DNA of 64,000 nucleotides from an uncultured Methanoregulaceae archaeon (GTDB lineage Archaea > Halobacteriota > Methanomicrobia > Methanomicrobiales > Methanospirillaceae), in NCBI GenBank assembly GCA_963705255.1, contig OY970061.1, positions 320,001 to 384,000 of the forward strand, in the 5' to 3' direction. The position numbers and the translations under genes were made by a program. The notes under the pieces are model-generated. The model did not search any database and was not told where the DNA came from. It saw nothing but the letters and a program-made list of their open reading frames with translations. Positions 1 to 9,229 of the stretch are shown piece after piece (position 1 is the stretch's first letter; each line of letters starts with the position of its first letter).

Positions 1-356
1 GATGCGAATTCAAACGCAATGTCCTTGTGGGCGAATGTCCCACCATACCGCCCGGGTTTTGCAACAATTCCCCGGGCCCGGGTCTTTTCAACCCACTGGC
101 GGGCAGTCAGGATAAAACTGTGCAGGCCGGCCTGTTTTCTAATCCCATCGAATTCGATGGGATTAAAATCCGGGTTATTGAGCTGTTCCCAGATCCCAAG
201 GAATTCGATGGTATTCCGGTTCCGGAGCCAGTTCTGGATCAGGTAATCGGTCCTTTCCGGATCCTTGTACCGGGCAATATCCGTGATGCAGATAAAATCC
301 TCGTTGCCCTCAACAACAACAGTTACCTCTCGTTCAAGAACATTGATCTTTTTCAT
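1..356 (-). CDS. KilA-N domain protein (3' part outside window)
   Basis: Hand translation from ATG 356: MKKINVLEREV...FICITDIARYK...LIQNWLRNRNTIEFLGIWE...GRYGGTFAHKDIAFEFA, the typical KilA-N signature. Not in the ORF track because it runs off the edge. Confidence 0.9.
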   Translation of the reverse strand, partial: MKKINVLEREVTVVVEGNEDFICITDIARYKDPERTDYLIQNWLRNRNTIEFLGIWEQLNNPDFNPIEFDGIRKQAGLHSFILTARQWVEKTRARGIVAKPGRYGGTFAHKDIAFEFA

Positions 357-754
357 GATTCTCCCCCGGTCCCCATTCACCAACATGCCGTTATCGTATG
401 AATAATGCCTTTTTATCTCAGGATAAAAAGGGGCTGTGCGGGGCGTGAAACTGGAGCGGGCGAGTGAGTGCAACCGGCACTGGTTCGTAGTTCGGGGAGG
501 TCCTGATGGTGCGGTTTGTTCCCATGGTTGATTGTATCCCCGCCCAATACTACCTCGGTGCCTGGTGAAAATAATCCGGATACATGTGGATGTGAAAAAA
601 ACCCGGAGCGGTCACCCCCGGCTGTAAACTTTGTTCCGATCCGGAACCGTGTCGCTCATCAGGGACTTCGCCAGACACCAGGACGTTGGGGGATTTTTCG
701 TCGGAGATCCCCCACCTTTTCAGGGTACTCTCCTGTCCCTTGCGGGAAGCAAGA

Positions 755-900
755 GTAGTTAGAAGAATCTGATGATTCTTCTCATCCTCTCATAACCTAA
801 CGGCCATGAGAGTACCCCCAAAATAACCCCTCGAAGAATCTGGTCCAGATTCGGTCGAAGACCTGATGGTCTCCTCCTGCTTCTGGTCTTATGACCCTCA
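755..900 (-). repeat. Two copies of dispersed GAAGA/TCTTC hairpin element (family B)
   Basis: Minus strand: gagaagaatc-atca-gattcttc (755-783) and ggtc-ataa-gacc...ggaggagacc-atca-ggtcttcgacc (853-900). Confidence 0.6.
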
Positions 901-1517
901 TCATTCTCAAGCCCCCTTCCTGATGGAACGGGGCACTCTACGGGCTCCGATTCCCTGTTTTTCCGGAAACAGGGGAAGTAATTCCGGAAAATGAGACAGT
1001 AATTCATGTATTTCCGGTCATTTTTACTCCTGAAACCATGAGGCGCCATTTGGGTGTATTTGGACGATGAAAAAGGAGGGGGACGGGTTTTGGCCTTTCT
1101 TTGCATATTTTCGGGAACAGAACGCGTTTAAAGGCTTGTACCAAAGGCTCTCCTTCCTCTGGCCCCGCCCCCACCCCCTTCAGCCCGGGGCGGCCTGAGA
1201 TACTCCATCCAAACAGCTCCAAACAGGCCGGTTTTTCTCCTCGCAAAACCTCCCGTTTCCCCATCAGAGGTTAAATCAGGATTTCCCGGAAAACCCTGGC
1301 TGAAAATCCCTGAAACAGGCCGGTCGGATATTCAATAACGAAGCAATCCAGGGTCATTCTGGACCCGGATGAGCATCTGAAGATGTGTATCCCCCTGAGC
1401 CCGCTTTATACCATTACACAATAATAGTAATCTCATGCCCATGCCCCCCGACACCGCCCCCACCGGCCACGCCAGCCCGGGAAAACTATATTCTCTTGCG
1501 GGAATAATGATGGTACA

Positions 1518-1724
1518 ATGAATGAAATCCAGTACGTGTATGACGCTGGTGGCCACAAGAAAAGCGTCATAGTTCCCGTTGAACTCTGGGAGCGGACACT
1601 TCAGGTGCAGAACCCCAGGATTGCACCCTGCAACCCACAGGAGTATTACGGGATATACCGTAACAGGATCAAAAACCCACAGGAAGTAGCGCGAGCCCTC
1701 CGGAGCGAGTGGAACCGCGGATGA
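1518..1724 (+). CDS. Putative antitoxin (VapB-like)
   Basis: 68 aa, IQYVYDAGGHKKSVIVPVELWE N-terminus; stop overlaps the PIN gene start (ATGA). Confidence 0.75.
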   Translation: MNEIQYVYDAGGHKKSVIVPVELWERTLQVQNPRIAPCNPQEYYGIYRNRIKNPQEVARALRSEWNRG

Positions 1725-2113
1725 CCTCGTATCTTATCGATACCAATATTCTCATCTATTATCTTGCAGGAGCAATTCCCGATGAGGAGAGACCGGTTAT
1801 CGATCGGATTCTCCGGGAATCTTTTAACATATCGATCATCACCCGGATCGAACTTCTCGGCTGGAAAGAACATACTCCCGAAGGGCTTGCCAAAGCACGG
1901 AGTCTTCTTGATTGTGCCCGGTGCCTGCCTCTGGCTGATACCCTTGCGGAGAAAACGATTGAACTTCGCACAATGGTAAACATCTCGCTTCCCGATGCAG
2001 TTATTGCCGCTTCGGCTTTGTCACTGGATGCAACGCTCGTTACCCGGAACGAGCGGGATTTTGATCAGGTGCCTGATCTGGAAATTTACAATCCGTTTCA
2101 TAAGACATCCTGA
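1721..2113 (+). CDS. vapC: VapC/PIN-domain toxin
   Basis: YLIDTNILIY...ITRIELL...LPDAVIAASAL...LVTRNERDF PIN motifs. Confidence 0.92.
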   Translation: MTSYLIDTNILIYYLAGAIPDEERPVIDRILRESFNISIITRIELLGWKEHTPEGLAKARSLLDCARCLPLADTLAEKTIELRTMVNISLPDAVIAASALSLDATLVTRNERDFDQVPDLEIYNPFHKTS

Positions 2114-2137
2114 GTGCAACCCCCAATCCAACGCATC

Positions 2138-2213
2138 GTGATCGCCGGCGGTTGCCAAACGCCACGCGATCGCCCGGTGTTTGCTGCCCCTTCGCAAGTA
2201 CAAAGTTAAGGCC
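2138..2213. repeat. GC-rich dispersed repeat (family A), core copy
   Basis: gatcgccggcggttgccaaacg...gcgatcgcccgg.gtttgctgcccc..cgcaagtacaa.g.taaggcc, near-identical to 7722-7797 and 10731-10808. Confidence 0.85.
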
Positions 2214-2405
2214 CATGCCCCCCGCCACACCGGCCCCCCGTCCGGTCCCGCGACATCGACGATCCATGCAACATCCGGGGCCGTTCCGCGGATGCCGGCG
2301 TCAAGCCCTTTCAGGTCCGAGTAATCGAACATGAACCGGTAGAATTCCGCGATCATGTCGGGACGGGTGATCCCGTCGCCCGTATGTGTGGTAATGCCCG
2401 CGTTG

Positions 2406-3701
2406 TCATCGGCTCCCGCTCACGAGCAGCCATTTCCAGAGCGGAATGCAGGTAATTTCCCCGTCCTTTGCCTCGTAATCCTTTGTCAGGACCAGGAGCT
2501 CCTTTATTTTCCCCTCAAAATCTTTGGCAAATTCCCGCAGGCCTTCATATTCACGGTCGGGAATGGTATCGCTGTAACAGACATTGATTGCGGTTAGCCT
2601 GTTGTCATTTGACGTGACGACAAAATCCACTTCACGGGCCCCCTTCCAGTAATACGGCGTCAGGCCGGACCGCATCAGTTCCACAAAGACGAGGTTCTCG
2701 GAGAGTTTTCCCTCGTCTTCGGAGAACCGGAACGAGACCGCGTTGCGGAGCCCGGTGTCGATGCAGTAGATCTTTTTGTTCTGTCGTGCCTGGGCCGGCA
2801 GCGAGTACGCGAATGCCTGCACCTCAAAGAGGATCCTGGCTATGCCGGCAAAGTGGATATAGTCCCTGACCGTGTCGATATCGGTCCCCAGCATCTCATT
2901 AAGGCGGCGGTACCAGTACGGGGAGGCGATGTTCGTGAAGAGATAGTAAAGGAGAGCGGCGAGAGCTTTCTGGTTCCGTACCACGTTCGTCCGGACAATA
3001 TCCCGGTACACGATACTGTCGTAGTATGCCCTGAGATAATCCTGCTTCGTGCGTTCATCCCGCTGGAGTACGACAACGGGAAAACCGCCCTCATGGAGAT
3101 ATTGCCGGAGGTGTGTCGTGATCTCGTATTTTTGTGCCGCACGCGTGGCGGCATCTTTTGGCGGGACGATGTCATGGAACCGGAGGTACTCGGCAAAATC
3201 CAGCGGGAAGACCGGGACGGAGAGGTACCGGCCCGAGAGCAGGGTGGAGACCTGAGAGTCGAGGAGGTACGAGGAGGAGCCGGACAGGATGATTTTGCAG
3301 TGTTTGCGGTCGTAGAGCGATCTGACCTCCCGCTCCCAGTTTTCCACGGCCTGGACCTCGTCAAAGACAAGGTAGATGGTGCCTTTGGCTGCAATCTCCC
3401 TGCGGTACGTGTCGACGGCTTCGGAAAGCGCGTTCTTCCGGCCCGCGACCTCCGGCTCGTCGCAGTTGACAAAGAGGATGTTTTTGGCCGGCACTTTGTT
3501 CGTGGTGATGAGGAGCCGGATGGTCTGGTAGAGCAGGGTGGTCTTTCCCGAGCGGCGGACCCCGCTGAGCACGATGATCTCCCCCGTTTTGAGGTACCGC
3601 CGGATCGTTGCGAGGTACTTCTGCCGCTCCCTGCCGGTATCGAACGGCTGGCCGCTCCACCAGGGGTTCTGGCCTGCGAGGATCTCGAAGAGCGTTGTCA
3701 C
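2406..3701 (-). CDS. AAA+ ATPase (AAA_14 + DUF4143, C-terminal nuclease-like fold)
   Basis: Walker A GVRRSGKT, Walker B VFDEVQ, GGFP, KKIYCIDTGL, ENLV, EVDF. Confidence 0.92.
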   Translation of the reverse strand: MTTLFEILAGQNPWWSGQPFDTGRERQKYLATIRRYLKTGEIIVLSGVRRSGKTTLLYQTIRLLITTNKVPAKNILFVNCDEPEVAGRKNALSEAVDTYRREIAAKGTIYLVFDEVQAVENWEREVRSLYDRKHCKIILSGSSSYLLDSQVSTLLSGRYLSVPVFPLDFAEYLRFHDIVPPKDAATRAAQKYEITTHLRQYLHEGGFPVVVLQRDERTKQDYLRAYYDSIVYRDIVRTNVVRNQKALAALLYYLFTNIASPYWYRRLNEMLGTDIDTVRDYIHFAGIARILFEVQAFAYSLPAQARQNKKIYCIDTGLRNAVSFRFSEDEGKLSENLVFVELMRSGLTPYYWKGAREVDFVVTSNDNRLTAINVCYSDTIPDREYEGLREFAKDFEGKIKELLVLTKDYEAKDGEITCIPLWKWLLVSGSR

Positions 3702-3708
3702 AGTAATG

Positions 3709-3792
3709 TGTAGGGTTATACCCCTCCATAAATGTTTGGTTGTGATGGGTTATAACCCTACATTTTCCGTTGATTGTGATGGGTTGTAACCT
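3709..3792. promoter_or_regulatory. Three palindromic GGGTTATAACCC-like boxes at 34-bp spacing upstream of the ATPase
   Basis: gggttatacccc (3713), gggttataaccc (3747), gggttgtaacct (3781); also a perfect 12-bp inverted repeat 3709-3720/3751-3762. Confidence 0.65.
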
Positions 3793-3800
3793 GACACGTT

Positions 3801-4323
3801 TTACCATGACAAATCCAGGTTCCAGCACTCTTCCAGGATCGGATCGCCCCAGGCATTATTCTCCCGCGTCTCCGTGATCTGGAATCCTTTCCCCGCATAA
3901 AGATGCCGGGCAGCCATGAGGGTACTGAACGTCCAGAGAAACACCCGCCCGTACCTCTTCTCTTTACAGAATTCGACTGCCATATCGAGGAGTGTATGTC
4001 CTGCACCCAGACCTCTCACCCCGGGTTCCAGGAAAAAAAACCGCAGTTGTGCTGTCGCCCCGTCCCCATGGGCAATAGCAACGCACCCCGACGGGACCCC
4101 GTTATGTTCAAGAATATACATGCAGTTCCGGGTGTGGTCAAACTGGTTTACAAAATCATGTACTCCACCGGTGAGGTAAGCCTTCCATATTTCAGAGGTG
4201 AACCCGTATTCCGATGCATACAATACCAGCTGGCGGGATATGACAAAGTCCACGTCGCTCTCCCGGAACGATCTGATGGTGATATCCGGGTCGCCCGGCG
4301 GGCTGTCGTTGTACGGTGTTCAT
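3801..4323 (-). CDS. GNAT family N-acetyltransferase (frameshift near start)
   Basis: AQLRFFFLEPGVRGLGAG...AARHLYAGKGF. The frame extends upstream (ITIRSFRESDVD) to an out-of-frame ATG at 4323. Confidence 0.85.
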
Positions 4324-4731
4324 AGCTTTATGGATCCTGGCATATTCACCAGGGTCCGTCAAAAGTCATCAGGCGTTGCACCCGATAACCGTTTCCCTTT
4401 TCAAATAGTGGCTTTCCGGTTTTCCTCCGGCCCGCGGGCCCGGTATCTGCCCTTCATCTGTCCAGCCATCCGGATCCGCCAGGAGATCTTCTGCCGTTCC
4501 CGGTGGATGCGGTCCTTAAAACCGGATCAGCAGTAGCAACCAAGTTGCCATCGGGCGTATCCGTTACCCGGGTTAGGCATCAGAAAAGCCCTGGCAGGTC
4601 ACCTTCTGTACGGCATGTACCGGAGGAAAAATACCGTATAAGAGGATCAAGGCGACAAGAAAATAGAAAACGTAATTCCTTTTTTCATCGGCATGTTGTC
4701 TCCCCCCATCCATCCGTCACAAGAAGAGGGG

Positions 4732-5496
4732 TCATTTCGGGTACTCGACTCCGGGGTACGTCACCACCGGTGGGTGAACGGGAGGCGTGACGATGGTGAC
4801 TCCCGGGGGGAATTGTATCGTAAACAGGGAATCATTGAGATCCGGATTCACGGTAATGTTCCGATAATCGATCGATTCCGAATTCGTATCGTTATCATAA
4901 AATACCTGCATTTTCACCGGATTCGATGTCGAAACATCCACCCAGATTAAAGCGTCCGAGAATGCATATATGCTGTTATACTTCACAGCAAATTCGCCGG
5001 GACTTCTCGGCCGCATCTCCAGTATACAAAACGTTTTTCCATCCTTATTCTCGCAGGATTTTGTGATTATCTCTGAATCACCGGCAATTTTGTCGGTCAT
5101 CTTCCAGTAATCACCATCAGCCCAGGAGGTCCCGTTTATCCAGTCCTGCTGATCGATGGCCATCTCCATTACCTGGTTTGCTGCAGGCAGGTAATGGAAC
5201 GTCTGGTTTTCCCGGATAATTATTATCGTTCCTGCACCGTATTTCGGGGATTTCTGGAATTCAATCCGTAATTTGTCGGGATATTTCATGCTGATGGTAA
5301 AGACATCCGTCTCGTTTTCTATCCCTGCATACGTTCTTGTTACCTCGGCCGTATAACTCCTGATGGTATGAGCGTGCCGGAAGAAATCCGCTGCAATATT
5401 TTTTCCCGTATCGGAATTGACAGGATTCTCCATGCACCCTGAGAAACAAGATGCGATTAAAAGTATTAAAAAAAATAAAAATATTTTCTCATCCAT
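4732..5496 (-). CDS. LolA-like lipoprotein (lipoprotein-sorting fold)
   Basis: Lipobox-like FSGC; KYPDKLRIE, WVDVSTSNPVK, NITVNPDLNDSLFTIQFPPG. Confidence 0.8.
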   Translation of the reverse strand: MDEKIFLFFLILLIASCFSGCMENPVNSDTGKNIAADFFRHAHTIRSYTAEVTRTYAGIENETDVFTISMKYPDKLRIEFQKSPKYGAGTIIIIRENQTFHYLPAANQVMEMAIDQQDWINGTSWADGDYWKMTDKIAGDSEIITKSCENKDGKTFCILEMRPRSPGEFAVKYNSIYAFSDALIWVDVSTSNPVKMQVFYDNDTNSESIDYRNITVNPDLNDSLFTIQFPPGVTIVTPPVHPPVVTYPGVEYPK

Positions 5497-5668
5497 CAAT
5501 CGAGCTCCTTTTCTGGTATTAAGCGACTCCGGATCCGCATTCGTGGGTTGTGACGATTCGTCCGCTGCTCCCACCTAGGGTAACACTAATATTCGGGCCC
5601 GGAGTGGGGCTGCTCTTGTTATGATATAATTTTCAGATTCGTGAATACATGTGTGAACATCAGATTTG

Positions 5669-6700
5669 TTAAACCCGTGTTGGTGTTGTTGCAACCGGTG
5701 GAACCGGTGTGGATTCTTCGTCAATCAACTGATTTCCGGATCGATTCATGGACATTGTTGATGTCTGATTTGTTACATTCGTGTCGGAGTTGTTCCAATT
5801 TGTGGAAACGATGGTGATATCGGGCGTAGTTTGATCCAGTTTCTCCATTGATATACCATCAGAGGACGGGTTTTTCATTGCATCCACAACCAGAGGGAAT
5901 GACTCCGGATCGAATGGTGTGACAGCATAGTAGATCCAGACCGGTTTTATCGAGGGGCTCTTATCCTCCGAATTCCATGCATCGGACAGCTGGTATCCGA
6001 GCGTAATGCCCGCGATCTTTGTGCCTTCCGGGAGCGGACCCTGCAATTGCCGCATAGTGTTATGGTTCTGGAGCTTTTCATAGCCCTGTTCTGCCGATAT
6101 GACCGGCACTTCGCCATTGTATTTGTAGCTCGGCCAGGCCTTCACAATGGTGTCGATCTCCCCGTTCTCTCCAAGACCAAGATTGATCGTTGAACCAATG
6201 ACCGGCGATCCATTGAGAATCTGGATATACCTTACCTGGGTCATCCAGGGGTAATTCTCTTCGGTAGTCTTCGTTGTCAAATTGTACTTTGCTTGGTATC
6301 GTGGTACGGCATCGATCAGCTGTGCATCCTTTGGCAATCCACCGTATTTCAGAAGTGCTTTTTCTGCAAGAGCCGGGGCCTGTGCAGCAGAAGGAATACT
6401 GTTCTTCGGGCTCATGACAATCTTGTCATTACCCTCCTGAACGAGTTCGATGGATGTGATGGTATAGTTCGGGGCGGTGGCGGGAGCTTCTGGAAACGCT
6501 GTCGCAAGAGTAAGTGTTCCGGTTGTCCCCTGGATTTCCGGTATTCCCTTGGTATCATCAAATTTTACCTGACCCGGGGATCCTGTAAAGGAATGAATTC
6601 CCAATTCAGCGGCTCCAATGATCGCAACGCTGCATGCAATTACAATGCCGATAATTATCCAACGTTTATCAAATGCGGCCATGTCCATCACGTCCTCCAT
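5669..6700 (-). CDS. Membrane-anchored exported protein, PepSY/YycI-like repeats (putative peptidase partner)
   Basis: N-terminal TM helix; VISAEQGYEKL...ITLGY...IKPVWIY motif; start overlaps the stop of the upstream gene. Confidence 0.7.
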   Translation of the reverse strand: MEDVMDMAAFDKRWIIIGIVIACSVAIIGAAELGIHSFTGSPGQVKFDDTKGIPEIQGTTGTLTLATAFPEAPATAPNYTITSIELVQEGNDKIVMSPKNSIPSAAQAPALAEKALLKYGGLPKDAQLIDAVPRYQAKYNLTTKTTEENYPWMTQVRYIQILNGSPVIGSTINLGLGENGEIDTIVKAWPSYKYNGEVPVISAEQGYEKLQNHNTMRQLQGPLPEGTKIAGITLGYQLSDAWNSEDKSPSIKPVWIYYAVTPFDPESFPLVVDAMKNPSSDGISMEKLDQTTPDITIVSTNWNNSDTNVTNQTSTMSMNRSGNQLIDEESTPVPPVATTPTRV

Positions 6701-7425
6701 TCTGCTACGTAAATTGTGTTGTCATCGATCAGTTCACTGCCGGCAACCGTTCCCTGCCCGGGCAGATGGTCATTGTTCAACTGGTCTTGGGTATCGAATA
6801 TGACCCGGGTAAGTGTATTATCGCCCGCTAATACAGTCTGAGTGGCTCGCTGCCATGAATATGCTATTGTGTAGTCATTGTCAATGCAATTCTGTAAAAA
6901 CCTTGATGGGAGATTTGCATTGGCATTCTTAATAGATCCAAACCCGAGGATCCCGTGGGAGAATTTTAGTGCTCCTCCCCACTGGTTATCGAGCAGGGAC
7001 CAGCAGGTATCCAGCACAACCCACTTGTTGGCAGAAATCAGGCTGGTTCCCCATTTTTTATAGACCTCTGCCGAAGTGAGGGATCCTGTTGGCCAGTTGC
7101 TGTACTGGACAATCCCGACCTGGTTTGCATAGTCACCATGACCAAAATGATAGTGGAGATCTGCATCATTGAGTGCTCCGCCATTCGTAGCAAAGTCCGT
7201 GTCATCGACATTGGCATTCGTCTCATAAAACCGCTGTGTCCACCCTTGGCCTGTCAGCCAGTTATACACATAAGCGTGGCTGTTGGTTCCATAGGGATAG
7301 AGACTTGTCAGGGTATTATAATTCTCGACGTTGGTCATCGAGAATTGGTATGCTGACGCGGGCATTGCGATTGCGCACAATGTCACAAGTGCCAGCAATA
7401 TAATACTGGTATTCCTTTCGAGCAT
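6688..7425 (-). CDS. Secreted DUF6345-like protein with caspase/gingipain-type His-Gly...Cys motifs
   Basis: Signal peptide ...IAMPASA; DADLHYHFGHG and KWVVLDTCWSL. Confidence 0.75.
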   Translation of the reverse strand: MLERNTSIILLALVTLCAIAMPASAYQFSMTNVENYNTLTSLYPYGTNSHAYVYNWLTGQGWTQRFYETNANVDDTDFATNGGALNDADLHYHFGHGDYANQVGIVQYSNWPTGSLTSAEVYKKWGTSLISANKWVVLDTCWSLLDNQWGGALKFSHGILGFGSIKNANANLPSRFLQNCIDNDYTIAYSWQRATQTVLAGDNTLTRVIFDTQDQLNNDHLPGQGTVAGSELIDDNTIYVAEWRT

Positions 7426-7448
7426 TTTCGTCCATCTCCTTTTGCAGT

Positions 7449-7710
7449 TACGCTTCGCTCGAAGGCACGGGAAAACCTTCATAGGAACGGAAGATAATGA
7501 TCACATGCCTACGGGCGGGACCGGGTTCAGCCGCAATTTGACCTGAGGCGGACCCGTCCTTTCTTTTCGGGACAACCCCCGGCTGTCCGCAATGAGCGAT
7601 TTATAATTTGTGCATTTATTCTTTCTAACGCATTCATCTACAGGTCGAAGTGCTGAAAAACAAATGAAAAATTACGGAGCGAAAAAATGCAAATAGAATT
7701 ACCAGAATCA
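7449..7710 (-). promoter_or_regulatory. Conserved promoter + structured 5' leader, copy 1
   Basis: Homologous to 10457-10710 and 17293-17553; TATA-like TTATAAAT at 7606-7599; stems; AGGAG before the ATG. Confidence 0.85.
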
Positions 7711-7721
7711 GGCTGAATTTT

Positions 7722-7965
7722 GCGATCGCCGGCGGTTGCCAAACGGTTGGCGATCGCCCGGAGTTTGCTGCCCCCTCGCAAGTACAAGGCTAAGGCCTTC
7801 CGCTCCGGCACCGGCCCCGGGCTTGGCACGCGAATCACCGGCGCCCGGCACCCCCCGGGCCACGATACTGCCCCCGGCCCCGTCCGGCACTACACTCTGT
7901 GGCATTCCCCGCCAACCCCGCACTCCGGCCACCCCCCACCGCCCGCGAACGAAGGGGGTGGGCAT
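7722..7965. repeat. GC-rich dispersed repeat (family A), long copy
   Basis: GCGATCGCC...GGCGATCGC hairpin; distal part 7888-7965 is highly similar to 11767-11845. Confidence 0.85.
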
Positions 7966-8134
7966 CCCTCCCTCAGGCAGGAGCCAGGCCCCGACCGCCC
8001 CTGCAAGAACAGGCCAGGCATCCCGGCTCCAGCACTAACCCGAATATCCAAAAAGAGTGAATACTCGGTTAACCAAAATTTATTTACCTAACCGCCCAGC
8101 CCTAGCCTCAGAAAATTCAACCGGCCCGACCGCT

Positions 8135-8410
8135 CACGCTCAAAATTTTTCAAATCCGACAGGTCATCAGACCTGGAGAAGGAGAAGAAACCTTCAGGTT
8201 TCTTCGGACACGACCCCCACTACCCACACTCAAAATTTTTCAAACGCCTCTCGATCGCGATTGCGAGCGTGAAAAATCTCCATGGGAAACAAAGGTCGTT
8301 CAGACGTGAATGGTCTCCGGATTTGTGGGACGATCGCATTTGAAAAAAATAAATTGCGATCTGGATCGCGTTCAAAATTTTTTCATCGCGATCATGATCG
8401 CGATCGATCA
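8135..8410. repeat. Intergenic mosaic: family B hairpin (8160-8209), two cac.ctcaaaatttttcaaa boxes, clustered GATCGCGAT motifs
   Basis: caggtc-atca-gacctg then ggagaagaaacc-ttca-ggtttcttc; direct repeat at 8135 and 8226. Confidence 0.55.
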
Positions 8411-8635
8411 AAGTTAAACAGATCCTAGACAACGGGGCGAGCGACCCCAGCTGGTACCAGTTCCTTGGTGGTACTACCCCCTTCCGGAATGCCCCCTGTA
8501 TATTAGTGCAGATCCGGACTCATGCAAAATACCCGTGATGGGTATCTTACCCGGCCGGAGCACCTGACCTGTCACGGGTTGTTTACCCATCACAGGTTAC
8601 ATGACCCGCATCGCCTAGCCCCTCCCGAAGAGTCT

Positions 8636-9217
8636 TCATCGTATGTCAATCGCAATCCGGCTCACATTCCCGGCAACCGGGTCGAGATCGAACCGGACGA
8701 ATATCTCCGTCGAATTCACACGCTGGTATCCGTAGAGCGCCGGGGGATACGCAACGGTCTCGTTCTTCCGGAGCGGCCGCTCCTGACCGGAAATGCCAAT
8801 GAGGCCCCCGCCGGATCTGAGAAATTCCCTGACACAAATGTCATCAAGTGCGATTTTCACCAGCCTTGTACGATCGGCACCGGGATAATTCACCGGGATT
8901 GCGGTATAATCCGCAGATTTGGGATTGTCAGGATTGCTGATTGTGTAGGTTTCAGGAGGAGCCGGCAATTCTTTAACCGATCCCGGTTTCGCAGGAATCT
9001 GTGTCAGTATTGGTGGACAGGAAGAGCTGGCAGCAGGGATACCGGGTGTGGGTGGTACCGGGGAGGTCTGGATCACGGTGGGCGTTATGAGGATATCCGG
9101 ACCGGTAGGTGACGGGGTGGTTCCAGCCGGTGTTGTCGAATGAACTGTGTTGTTTGCACATCCGGTGATACCAACGATAAAAAAAAGGAAGATAATGGGA
9201 AGGAATACCTGCCGCAA
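8636..9217 (-). CDS. Hypothetical lipoprotein with Pro/Thr-rich linker
   Basis: Lipobox-like ITGC; starts 12 bp after the stop of the secreted protein gene. Confidence 0.8.
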   Translation of the reverse strand: MRQVFLPIIFLFFIVGITGCANNTVHSTTPAGTTPSPTGPDILITPTVIQTSPVPPTPGIPAASSSCPPILTQIPAKPGSVKELPAPPETYTISNPDNPKSADYTAIPVNYPGADRTRLVKIALDDICVREFLRSGGGLIGISGQERPLRKNETVAYPPALYGYQRVNSTEIFVRFDLDPVAGNVSRIAIDIR

Positions 9218-9229
9218 ATCTGTTCACCC

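Noticed and set aside
400-1500. Coding potential in the long intergenic region
   Set aside because: Only short, low-complexity ORFs without motifs; family B hairpins are the only supported feature.
2126-2213. Integron attC sites (family A hairpins between accessory genes)
   Set aside because: Only this copy has an RYYYAAC...GTT-like frame. Other copies have GCT, the ends are not complementary and no integrase is seen.
7638-8091. ORFs across family A repeats (also 2021-2356 and 11644-11949)
   Set aside because: The shared peptide text comes from the non-coding repeat, and frames and lengths are not conserved between copies.
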